DNA from: the human T2T-CHM13v2.0 reference genome, Homo sapiens
NCBI RefSeq assembly: GCF_009914755.1
Contig: NC_060938.1
Length of the DNA stretch: 64,000 bases
Reading direction: 5' to 3' (one strand)
Part shown: positions 13,501 to 28,050 of the stretch, piece after piece
How the letters are laid out: the number at the start of each line of letters is the position of its first letter
Numbering within the stretch: the stretch's first letter is position 1
Position numbers and translations under genes: made by a program
Notes under the pieces: generated by a model
Seen by the model: the letters and a program-made list of their open reading frames with translations, nothing else
What the model was told of the DNA's origin: nothing
The model's database searches: none

Positions 13501-13744
13501 TTTACGTAACCAGGGATTGAAAGATGTTGAATTAAAAAATGACAAATTCAGTTTCATGTGTAAAGATTATCTGTATTCTTATAGAATACCTTCTATTTGC
13601 AATTAGTTATTTCACTGTGGGAAGCATTTCTCTTTCAACCCAGTGACATCCATATTTTGACATTTTCAGCATGGATAGTCATGTATATGCCATAATCAGT
13701 GCTGTGTTTCTAGTTGAATTTCATTTGCTGTAATCCCAATCCAA

Positions 13745-13860
13745 AAGCCTGTAATCTCCATGAAGGCAGGAACCATATCTCTTTTTATTCCTAATCATTT
13801 CCTTAACACCAACTGAGTCTCTGATCATAGTAGGTGATCAATATGCACTGTGTAAATGAA
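13745..13860 (+). mobile_element. L2 3' end
   Basis: ctccatgaaggcaggaacca...catagtaggtgatcaata. Confidence 0.7.
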
Positions 13861-15226
13861 CCTCAGGCTTATGGAATGACATTCTATACCTTCATTTTTA
13901 ACTCTTATTACTTGTTCATAAAATAAAATACTGTATACTAGAGTTGAAATTTAACATTTGAATCATATAATAAAGCAATTTTGTCAATTTATATCTCTCT
14001 TTATCATTGAAAAAATTTAATAGCGTACAGTTTCCTCACATGCCTTTTATAAGTCAGTAGGCAACTCCATCCCACTCCCCTGGAACTGCTGTAAGACCAG
14101 ACCATTTCAGTTAATGCCATGATGCAAAGCCAGAAGGAGAGAAGGAAGTCACAGGCATCATGCTGTTGGTGTGTGTGGCTCTGTGGAGTCAAATGTCACC
14201 CTGCCTCCCATTCCTCCTGGATATGCAACTGGAAAGGGCAAGTGCAAGGATAGTGAAGGGCAAGGGTCACCAGTGAAGGGAGTAGAAGGAAATTGCTTGC
14301 AAGCTCCGGTCTACAACCTCCTTTTTATTCCTTCTCACCTGGTCAAGTGGTTAAGGGTATTGTTAACAGGGATGGATGTGGCAAAGGAGTGTGTTCCAGA
14401 ATATTTCCATTTTTCCAAAAAGAACACAGGAATAACTAATTTACTCTAAACGTAAAATACATCAAACTAAAATACACATAAACCTCACTTAAACCTGTGC
14501 AAACTTATCTTCTAAACTTAGCTTTTATATAATGAAACTTGCCCTAAAAGATATGAACCGAATGTGAGAGGCAAGGGGATGAAAATCTGGTTTCAAGGGC
14601 CCAAACATCAAATTGCCATTTGTGCTGATTTTCAGATGTGATTTAAAAATAAATGTAGAATGTTCAGGTCATAGATATTATGGAAGCTTTTTATTGTAAT
14701 CCTAGACAAAACTTTATTATGCCACTAAGAAGTCAGGAGTCTTCAGTGAAAATTGTAGTCGACAGGAAAATAAAGTCAATTGCACTGAAAGTTAAGAGGT
14801 ATTCTAGGTCAAGAGATCCTTATATGTATCTTTTACTTTAGAGTGCATTTATAGCCCATGGAAGGAAGTAGATTGATATTCTTGAAGTTAACTTCCTTTT
14901 CTTGTGTTCACAAAATCCGGGTTAGCCAGGTGGAAGGATACAGAATTAAACTTTTATGACTCTGCCTGGAGCACATGAGCTGGTGTAACTAGCCTAAGGA
15001 TAAATGTGCAGTTCAAGAGACAAGCTGCCCTCTGCTGAGACCACAAATTTTTCTCCCTTGTTTTTCGCATATCAGCTAAGTACTTACATAAAAGTATCTC
15101 AAATGATATTGGTTCTGGGAATTTCATTTCATTCTTCACTAGCCACTCTTAGTTGCCTGAAATTGATCATTATCATCATCAAATATCTATGGAAAGACTA
15201 TGGGATACATAGAAATGTTGATTCAG

Positions 15227-15828
<602 letters not shown>

Positions 15829-16886
15829 GGAAATGTTGATTTCAAATTAGGATAATTTCAAATGTGATCTTTACCCTCAAGAAAATTAGGATGTATTAGT
15901 TAGTTTTAGAAACACAAATGTTTAGCTTTCAGTTTATAAAGCCATGGGGAAAAAAAGTGTTAAGCAGAGCTTGAGTTCCTAGGTGAGTCCGCAAAGCCTG
16001 TATACCCATCATGGAACCCAGTGATAAAATGGAGAATCCTTTCATGTATTACAGTTCCTGGGAACAGGATGCCTTATGGTCCTGAGGCAGGAGGAAATAT
16101 CCTTACCTCATCTGGGCACTAACATGGTGGGAAGCTGGGAAGCATTTCAGAATAGGTCAATATTGTCCCAAATACCCTTCCATCAATGTTGCTGATGCCT
16201 CCTTACACCTGCCAATATGTTTCCTCCAGGCCACAAGTACCCATTTATCCCAAGGTTACTCCATGTCCACCATCTTAAGTCTGCCACTGGGATAAGGGAG
16301 ATAAAATAACCTTTACCTTGAAAGAGTTCCATGCTCAAAAATGCTCTTTTCCTCCACATTATCAAAATTTCAATTCTCTTGGTACAGTTCAGTTCCTCTA
16401 GGGATTAAAAGAAAAGCAAACTGGTGGCATCAATTCATGCTGCTTTTGTGAATTATTAACAATCTTTTTACCTACTCAAAGATTCACTTTCTAAACAAGT
16501 ATGTTTGCTAAGTCAGACAAATTTCTAATGGGGTTATTTGTATAATATCAGACACTGTATCAAAAGGTAAGGAAAAGAACTCACAACATCTATTAAATGT
16601 TTTTAGAAAGACCACTCGTAAATATCTATTGGCACTGTGGGTTGTAAATAAGAATAGTCATCACAAATTAAAATGTGGACACACACACACAAGAAAATTA
16701 TGAACAAAATATAAAATGGCTGCTAGAACAGTGTGGAATATGTTATAAGTGCTTAAAGCAGACTAAGATGCTTTTCCAACTATTCATTGCCGGAGGGCTT
16801 CACAGGTGTGGCTGCTGAATGAGGAATGACAGGATTTGTATAAAATGAGTTGAGGGTGACAGGTAGTCGGAGCCCAGAGAATAGTA

Positions 16887-17230
16887 CAGCCCTTCCTTGG
16901 TATCCATGGGGAATTGGTTCCAGAATCTCCCCACAGATAACAAAATCCTTGGATGCTCCAGTCCTTGATATAAAATGGTATAGTATTTGCATATAACCTA
17001 GGTACATCCTCCCATACACTTTAAATCATTTCTAGATTACTTATAACACCCAATACAATATAAATTACATGTAAATAGTTGTTACATTGTATTGCTCAGG
17101 GAACGATGACAAGGAAAAGTCTGTACATGTTTAGTGCAGACACAACCATCCTTTTTTTTTTTCAAATATTTTCAATCTGTGGTTGGTTGGATCTGCAGAT
17201 ACAGGATCAGCCAATGCAGAGGGCCAACTC
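16887..17230 (+). mobile_element. MER2 (TcMar-Tigger MITE) with TA target duplication
   Basis: TA|cagcccttccttggtatccatgggga...gagggccaactc|TA, about 344 bp. Confidence 0.9.
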
Positions 17231-17374
17231 TATAAGTAAAAGCAGCACTGGAAAGTGAGTCAGTAGGAGCCTGTCTTCCAGGAAGGTCCCTGTTTCTCAA
17301 GAGTTCTTTTCCTGCAGGGGGAGAGAGGGTTGGATGTCAAGGCAGGAATGTGTGGAGTATGCTCACATGTGGTA

Positions 17375-17510
17375 TCCTTGAATTCACCTAACAACCCTAT
17401 GAACAAGCATTTTAGAGAGGAGGAAATCAAGACTCAGCAAGCCTCAGTAACTTGCCCCATATCCCATGGTTGCTAAATAGCAAAATCATGATTGAAATCT
17501 CAACCTGCCT
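17375..17510 (-). mobile_element. MIR SINE
   Basis: aacaaccctatga...gaggaaatcaagactcag...taacttgccc. Confidence 0.7.
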
Positions 17511-20500
17511 GATTGTAGAACCCGAACTCTTCTTGTCATCCAGCCGCTCTCTCCCTTCCCACCATGGGGACCCCTCAGCACCAGCAAAAATGAGGGTGAG
17601 GAGGCAGGGAGGATGGAACCTTCTTGAGCATAGGTAATTTGTCAGTTGAAAATCGCACATGGATAAATGTCTTTAAACCCTATGTAGATAGGGAAAACTC
17701 TTGATATTACTGAAAAGTAATATCGACGTAGCAAACCTTCTGAAGAGAGGGCTAGTCATGGAACCCCTCATTTGGAAACTATTAGAACAAGTGAATTATT
17801 TTTAACCATCTTTTAGACCATTCAGAAACAGAGTGAATTGTCCAGGACAAGATTGTTTATTTTTTGAAAATGTATCCAGTTTTGTCTGTTTTTTAAAGAT
17901 CTTCTTGGTAGAATGTGGCAGAATTCTACTACAAAAGCTCCTTTGTTCACGTAGTAGTTCCAGTGTTTCCAGCCATTCCTAGAGCCCAGGAGCCATGCCA
18001 AGGCCTGGAGCTCCCGTTCACATCTGTGCAGTTACACAGAGAAGCTTCCTCTTCTATGGGGTTGTAATCGTTTATTTACTTGTCATTAGGGATGTCGCAG
18101 GTTTCCTGTTTTGGGAAGAGGTGTTCAGGGTTAGAATTTTATTGAGGGAGAGGGACTTAGTTTGGTGTCACTAAAATGCCTCCATTTGGAGTTAGGTCCC
18201 GGCTCCCTCCTGTCATTTCCTACTTGAGTTTTCACTTTTGCCCTTGCCAGGGTCCTCTCATTGCCCGTGAGCCCTTCCAACCACGAGTGGGCATCCATCA
18301 GAAACTGGAGGAACCAAACGAGTACAAAAGCTCATGGGGGAATTCTGTTGAGGACGGAGGTCAGAAGCATGTTTCTAGGAAAATGAAATGTGGGGATTAA
18401 CTATGGCTTTTCTTTATTTAGGCTAACCATGTCTATAATGTCATAATTAGGACGAATTCTCTGCACTTGAATGTGTTGGTAGGAATTTTATTGTCAAAAA
18501 TATAACTTAAATGTTTTTCCTAGCCTATTTATACTGTTAAAAAGCAGTTTCGTCCAGAAATGGAAATAGAGGGGTAGGTCCCTGAATTCAAACCAGGCTA
18601 CTAAGAGACATTATCGTCAAATTCTTTCTATGATAGAATTATTTCAGTTGCTTATGAAAGCTGAATATGTGTAATCATCTTTCCAGACCTGGTTGACCGT
18701 ATTTTATTTAACAAATTAACTAGCTGATGGACCAATCCTCAAACAACCATGATTGTTATTAACCACTGAGGTTTTTGCTGATCTCTGGATGTCTCTCATT
18801 CAAATTCTAAGAAGTGATTTTTCATCATCAAAGAGATTTGCAGTATCATTATAGTTGTTTCTGCTCATCAACTTTTTGATTTTTTTTGGCTTGTTTGAAA
18901 ACTATTCTGACTGGCTACTTTGTTCCTTTTTTGTCATTTGATAGTCCACTTTGTTAGTTAGGAAACCAAATCATTTTGTACATTACGAGTCACTTGCTTA
19001 TTAGACTCACTTTTGTTGGAATTGAATTTGTCCTTTTCCCGTCCTGATGGGAATATGAGCTTCCTGTGTTGGATCCCTGCTCAAAGGGAGCGAGGATGCT
19101 AGTGGCATAACTGGAGGGAGTACCTTTATATCCTTTTGTACAGTCTCTGGGCGGAATTGTTGAAGGACAGGAAATTCTTCTCTAGCAGGAGAAGGGCGTC
19201 TCCCACTTCGGTACAGAAATCTCACACTCCGCGTCCTCTGGCACATCACTGAGTGCTGGAGAGCACGAAGCCAGTGTTTACTGCTGGTCCTTGGGTGTTA
19301 AGCAGCCCTCCACTGCTTTTATTGTACCATTAATTGCACTTAATGCAGCTGCATTTCTCGTACGCTTGGCTAGGCTCTGAAAATTAAGTAGAGGGTACTT
19401 TGTTATCAAATTCACTGTAATGAGCTCTGGTGGGACAGGGTCCGTTAAGTTTGAAATTACCTCGGGCCATTTCTAAAGGACTTCTTAAAATAGTTCACAT
19501 CTATAAAAGTTTGTAACTAGATAAATAGCCATGGAGAGTGTAAGACCAGGCAGAGGGAAATCCACAGTTCTCCTCAGTGCATCTTTGATAAAATATGGAT
19601 GTGTAGAATATTTAAGAGTCATGTTTATTTTCTGCATTCTCCTCTGCCTTCCACATTTGCTAAATTTCAGCTTTTAGGCCGGCAGTGTGTGCATTCAGGT
19701 TTAGTTGTTTCACACCATGGTTTATACATACAGACTGCCCCCCTACCTGTTTGCTTCCTTTTGAATCCAAATCGTACATTAAACTAGAATAAAAAGTAGG
19801 ACCCCCCTCTGGGTGTATGCAAATTGGTTCAAGAAGGGATCACGCCTCTAAGAACAAACGCACTGAAGAGACAGCTGTAACTATTAGCCAATTAGTTTCA
19901 TGTTACAACTACTAGCGGAGGCCTGAAACGGATTCGTGATACCTGACTAATAGATGCTTAAAATGACTTTAATTCCCCCAGTATTCTTAGCCCATATGAC
20001 TGACTGCTGTAATGCTTTGCGGCTAATAAAATTTCAGATTGACTAATTTACTGGGTAGCTTTACCAAAACATCCAAGTAATCCGTACATACTCATTAGAG
20101 ACAGGTCCAGAACACTTTCCCTTAGGACTGATTTGAAAAACCTCACTGGGATCAGCCTCACTGAGCTTTAGATGCACTGGCACAAATCAGGTGAAGGATC
20201 TTCTATGGTTTTAGTGCAGCAATTTATCTGAGTTTTGTGGTTAAAGTTTGAGCATGAGGTAATTAGAGCCCTCCAAGCTTGAAATTCATGAACCTTATTC
20301 CCCCTTTAATAGACTCTATACAAGCTTGCCAAGCTCAGTGTTTGACTGATATATATGGAGGCTTTGTTAAAAGCCTCTGGTCAAAATGTAGTTTTAAAGA
20401 ACTCAAAATCAGTTTTTCTTTATTTTTAGCTCTTACAGGTGTAAACACGGAAGATTGCCTCATGTTATAACTGAGGGCCAGTCAGCAGTCTGTTGTGCCC

Positions 20501-21089
20501 TTTGGAAATATACACTAGTCAATAATCAAATACCCGCAGCCGTGCAGCACCACACCTGCTGCCCAGATGGGGTCGACGACAAACATGACATGACCGATGA
20601 GGACTGGGGAACAGAGGGGTAAAATGCTGCAGTCTGTTTGGTTTCTTCTACTCTGTATCCTCCTTGGAAAAAAAATGGAAGATAACCTTTAGGCTGCTAC
20701 CATTTTTGTAGTAGGAGTGCTTGGGTATATATGTCTCTGCATTAGGCAGTCATAATTTAACCAAGCTTCCCAATGCCTACCATGTATATATGTCTTTGGA
20801 AGTTGAAAATATAAGTTGAAGATTTAAAAATGTCTAGAGACACATGCACACATGCATATACGTGTATGTACACGTAAGTGTAAGAAAGCAACCATGCCAT
20901 ACCGCTTCTTTTTGTGTACTCTCACAAAAGATCATTACACTCCAAATCCATAATATAGAATCAATATTCAGCTATAGTTTTGAGGATTTTCATATATGCC
21001 AAGATACTCCATCTCTAATAAATGTTGCTATTATTCCAGTTTTGAACAAGGGCATGACATGTGATTTACTCTATAAAATCGGCAGTTTA

Positions 21090-21330
21090 TGCATGTTCTC
21101 ACTCATAAGTGGGAGTTGAACTATGAGAACACATGGACCCAGGGAAGGGAGCAATACACACCGGGGCCTGTTGGTGGGTGGGGGGCTAAGGGAGGGATAG
21201 CATTAGGAGAAATACCTAATGTGGATGACAGTTTTTGGGTGCAGCAAACCACCATGGCATGTGTATACCTATGTAACAAACCTGCACGTTCTGCACATGT
21301 ACCCCAGAACTTAACGTGTTAAAAAAAAAA
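21090..21330 (+). mobile_element. L1PA (PA7/8-like) 3' end, 5'-truncated, with polyA
   Basis: gcatgttctcactcataagtgggagttgaac...gtaacaaacctgcacgttctgcacatgtacccc; degenerate TSD atcggcagttta / atctgcggttta. Confidence 0.93.
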
Positions 21331-21394
21331 CATCTGCGGTTTAAAAAAATTTACAAATGACTCCAAGAATACACATCTTTGAGGAAGGGGAAAG

Positions 21395-21920
21395 GAGCTA
21401 ATGTTTAGCAAATACCTCTTATGGGTCGGATATTGTCTTAGGCACTTCATGTATGCTATCTCATTTAATTCTCAAACAGCATGCTAAATAAAGCAGGTAT
21501 GTTCACCTTTCTGGTAACCATATTTCTCTGAGACTTTTCTAAATGGCCCAAGGTGGCACAACCTAGAAAATGACGGAAAAGTCATATACACCACTTTGGT
21601 GACTTTCTTTAATCTTCGTCGTCAAAAGCATCTTGTCAGCACTCATTTTTGTTTTGCTACAGAGAGATTAAAAGTTAAGATTGAATGAAAATTTATTGTT
21701 TTCTCACTATTTACTAGGTATGTGCTAGAAAACTGTCGCACATTTAACCCTTGCCACAACTCTTTGGACTGGGTATTATTATCTCACTCTACAGATGAGG
21801 AAACTAAGATCTGGATGTCAGATATCTCATCCAAGTTCACCAACTAGTAAATGCCAGGGCTGTTATTTAGAAATAAATGTTTCTGACTCCCAACAATTGT
21901 GCTTTTCATACTAAACTACA
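21395..21920 (-). mobile_element. Two MIR SINEs (~21395-21580 and ~21688-21920)
   Basis: tctcatttaattctca; tacagatgaggaaactaag...ctagtaaatg...tctgactcc. Confidence 0.75.
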
Positions 21921-23559
21921 GCTGTCTTCCCATCTTTTTAAGTGTTCCTGAATACTTCCAGAATAAACATTTCAAGATTCTTTGATGGATATTGTAGAGG
22001 ACAGAGCTAGACATATGCTGATACTAACAATGGAAGAAATTATTTCTAAAAAAAGTAAAACCAGTATGAGAGGGGAATAAACTTGCAACAATATATAAAG
22101 CTTACTTCATCTCAATTTTGGGTAAAAATTTGAAGAAAATAGTGACTTAACAGCAATGGTGCAAGTGAATAAAAGTAAGTTAGTTCAAGAAAATGAAAGT
22201 GACTATATAGGTCTTATCAGAATCTGAAAACCTCAAAGCAGACTGTCTCAGAGAGGAATAAAAATGAGAGGAGAGCTAAGGGGAGCAAGTTGAGGTCAGC
22301 ATTTAGTATTTTCTTCTGAGTACTAAGGACAAAGTTTATATAAACATTTTTGAAATTCCAGAAAAAAAAATCTCTTTCTCACTTGCCAGATAGAAAGTTC
22401 AACCTCAGTGATGATGGAGGCAATGGCTTCTGTAAAAAAAAAAAAAAATATTGGGAAACAAGGGCTTTTTGTCTGCCACATATAGCAGTCTTGGCTTTCT
22501 CTTTATCGGCATAATCAAAATTCATTAAATAATGCATTTTAGTTTCCTTTGATGATTTAATATTCTTTTAGCTCACACCTGTGTATATTAATAATCACTT
22601 GCAATACTTGCCTGTGGGTATTTGACAGATCTTGGCTGCAAGGAAGAAATACTTGTTGCTTTTGTGATCCAGGAGTTGCAGGGACTCCAAAAGCAATTCC
22701 AAGTAACTCCTCTATTTATGACATTTGGAGAACTTTTGCCATGGCAAGAGATACAAAGACAGAAAACTTGGAGCCAATTGGACCAGGAGAAAACATTTTT
22801 ATTGATGAGCAAAGTGATGGATAGTATTGGTAGCATGAAGTAAGTAGGAAGCCTCAAAACAGCATCATCCCAAAGTGGGGTCTTGCATTTTTTGTAGCAT
22901 ATTGGTATCTTTGTAAATCTCTATATATGAAGTTTCATGTCTTCATGAACCTGGTAGGAAAGTCACTCTAGTAGTGGAGACTGGAGTCCTTGCAAAGGAT
23001 TTCCTATTTACGCAGAGGAGAAAACGAAGGTGAGACAGCTCTGATGTAGCCTGCAGGACTAGCAGAATGGAGACTCATTAACAGTGGGCAAGAAGGGACA
23101 GAGGTTTTGGGGGAACAATGATGGCTTGGGTTTAGATATATTCAGGCAGCTTTCCCTATCCGATTCTAGTTCTGGATGTGGATTATAGATCATTATGTTG
23201 TTTAAACAACATCTGGAAGAGCTGGAGGCTGAGATCCCTATTGTAGTGGCTGGGCACCACACCATGGTACATTAAGTTTGTAGAGTCAAGTTATAGTGAA
23301 ATATTGAAAAAAAATAGCGTGTTGCTTATTTCTCAGCTTTATCTAAACTCCTGGTAATTTTGTAGCTTTTTAAAAGAGTTTTTCATCTATGTCTCATGGC
23401 TTTTGCTTGCCGCTGCTTCTCAGGGTATAGACATCCAAAGTCACTTTAAAAAATATCCCTTAAGCTTGGGTATGTTCCCATTACTCTCCCTTCATAGGAG
23501 AGTCATCCCTTACTCTCCTTTCTTTCCCTTCCAGATTTTCAGAAATGTTGATCTCTCAT

Positions 23560-25390
<1,831 letters not shown>

Positions 25391-25944
25391 GGGAATACAG
25401 AGTATACATTGAACTGTGGTTAAATAAGTTCCCATTGCCTGAACTTGCCACACTGAAGAGACCAGTGGCTTCCTGGAAGAGAGAAGCAAGACAGCTGGAA
25501 AACAAATAAAAATGACTGGCTAGTGGCGAAGTCCGTTCTCATCAGAATTCTGGTTCAGTTATTCAGTTCAAATTTTTGGCAAGTGATGCAGATTCTTTTT
25601 CAGAAAATGTTGATTGATTGCACAGTTGTACCCACTTCATTTGCAAACCTTCATTATCTCTTTTTCCTTTCCTCCCTCTGTCTGCATTTAGAAGGGGAGG
25701 AGCAGTGTATAATTCCACAAGGCAGTTTTGTGAATAAACCAACTAACTGGCTGCTGCTTTCAGTCCCACAGTCTCCTCACAGAATACAAGTATCTGACTT
25801 AGTTGTGCATTCTCTCTTGACTGGATCTCCTTGCATTCATTCATTTGAGTATTCATTTGGTTACTTACTCATTCACTCAGTGAATCAGTTGTTCAGTCCC
25901 ACTGATGACACAGGGCATCTGTGGGGGGTGCTTGGCTCTTGTCT

Positions 25945-26105
25945 AAAGCAAGAGTTCTTGACTTGGGGTCTATGGCTGTGTTTCAGAAGCTCTCTGGAAT
26001 TTTTGTAATTGCATATGCAAAATTTTGTGTTTGAATATTGTCTTATGAAGAGGGTTTGCTTAAACAGCCCTGTTATTCAAAGAAAGAAACATATTAAGAA
26101 CCTCT
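25945..26105. mobile_element. hAT-Charlie MITE (Charlie4z-like)
   Basis: gttcttgacttggggtctatgg...tatgcaaaattttgtgt...ttaagaacc. Confidence 0.6.
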
Positions 26106-26929
26106 AATAGAGAAAGGCTTGAACTCAGCCTTGAGTCTAAATAATAGGTCTTCAAGTTAAGTGTTTTTTCCTCAATTCATTGTATGGTGGTGAAAAGTAT
26201 AAAAATATTGCTTACATATGTTCTCGATTCTAGGTCAGACAGTCTTGTAAGCCTGTTTACTAATCTGCATTCTCCAAATTGTGCTCCTCTTTCTTGTTTA
26301 TTTTCTAACTTTCCCTAAATCATAGCCTCTGTAGGTATCCAAAAGTCAGGCAGCAATGGTGATGCAGACCTTGATCAGCTAACATAAGTAAGACCTAGCT
26401 CCTGCATAGTTACCGTTGAAAATTGTGTGGGCTTTTGTTTATGTGAAATTAGAGGGAAGATGGTGGGGTTGTAAGAGCTGATTTCAGTTTGCAGTGGTGG
26501 TGGCTATGTACATTTATCTCATCAAGTTATGTCTGAGGCATTCAGCATCTTAAAACCAATGCCAATTACTGCTGGAATAGGGCATGAGTGAATCCTTCAA
26601 AAGAAAATTCAGTGGGCAGTTGCTGACACTCAGTGAATTGCTGGCTCTTTGCCCAAGTGTGTGTGAAATGTTTGCACTGGTGTGAGGCCCTGATTGCAGT
26701 TGGCTCGCAGGGTTTGTGGTGACACTATAGATTTGATAGCACACTGTAGGAAAGGCAGAAGCTGGTGACAACTTACAGGGGAAAAAATTCCTAATATTCC
26801 TGTTAAAATTGGAATAAAGATAGTTATTGAGAAAAGTCATCTTTGGACCGGCCTCTGCTTTTCACAACAAAGAGGAGAGAGCTGACATGTGCTTAGCGCC
26901 CCCGCGGGCTGGGCCCTGTGCTCTAGAGT

Positions 26930-27270
26930 GTTCGCTCATTCACAAGTATTTATTGTGTGCCTTCTGCATTCTGGTCCCAATTCTAAATGCTGGGGTTTCG
27001 GCAAAGCACAGAATGACTCCTCTGGCTTGGGAAGGTGACTTGCTAGTGGGAGAGACAACACTATGCAGATAAGCTCCAGGAGAACAATTAAATCAGGGCG
27101 GGGCATGTCACATGTCCTCACAACTGCTGTGAGAGGCATTAACCCTTTTGACAGAATGAGAAATTGAGGTCCATGGAACCTAATTTGTCTAAGACCACCC
27201 AGCTAATTAGAGAAAAATGGAGGATTTAAAACTTGGTCTGCATGACTCCAGAACCCCAATCCTTTAGTCT
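26930..27270 (-). mobile_element. L2 3' end followed by MIR
   Basis: cattcacaagtatttattgtgtgcct; ttttgacagaatgagaaattgagg. Confidence 0.7.
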
Positions 27271-27839
27271 GTGTAGTTGTCTCCCCATAATGTGACCCCT
27301 CCCATTGAGCTCCTTCTCCCAGCAGAGAGGACAAGCACATCCTGGAAATGGAGCACATATTCTACAGTAAGTGACTGGAATCACAGCAGTGCACTTCAGA
27401 ACACGGAGGTGATACAACAGTCTGGTTAGTGACTCGGTTGCCCAGCACGGTGCCAAGCCAGATGCTGCGATGCAGGTGTGCACGTCAGGGTTTTCATCTA
27501 AGCAGTGGTGTTGAGGTGGAGGGGGAGAGAGAATTGTAAAGTTGGGGTTTTCAGACAGTGCCAAATGGACATTGGTCTACCAGTTGTAACTATGTGACTG
27601 TTATGCAGTATTGAGCCCCAAGAAGGCACTGTAGGTGGGGTCCCAGTCCTTCAGGTTTCTAAGAATATGACAGTCCATCGTTGTCGCGGGCAGGATGATG
27701 CGCCTGGAACATGCATCTGTAGCTACGTTAACATGCTTTTGCCCTTGCCTTCATGTCTGATCAGTAGATCCCAGGGTCCTGGCCATGATAGTGCACTGTT
27801 CACGTAACTTCACTCCATACTCCGGTTCTGGTTCTGGCA

Positions 27840-28050
27840 GTACCTTATTCTAAGGCCTTCCCTGACTCCACCTCTCCCCACCTCCATCCTGAGTTGAGAG
27901 TTGTACTTTTATTGCATATTGTTCATTTGCTTATATGTCAGTATCCCAGTAGACTCTGATGATCTGGAGGGTTAGGAGATGCCTTTTCAATTTTATATTC
28001 CCTGACACAGTGTCCAGCACAGATAGGGGCTCAACAAATATTTCCTGTGG
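27840..28050 (+). mobile_element. L2 3' end
   Basis: aaggccttccctgact...cagtgtccagcacagataggggctcaacaaata. Confidence 0.65.

Noticed and set aside
25523-26008. 161-aa ORF
   Set aside because: Non-ATG (GTG) start, crosses L2 and Charlie relics, no recognisable domain.
26896-26912. CTCF-like GCGCCCCCGCGGG
   Set aside because: Several mismatches in the 5' half of the core motif.
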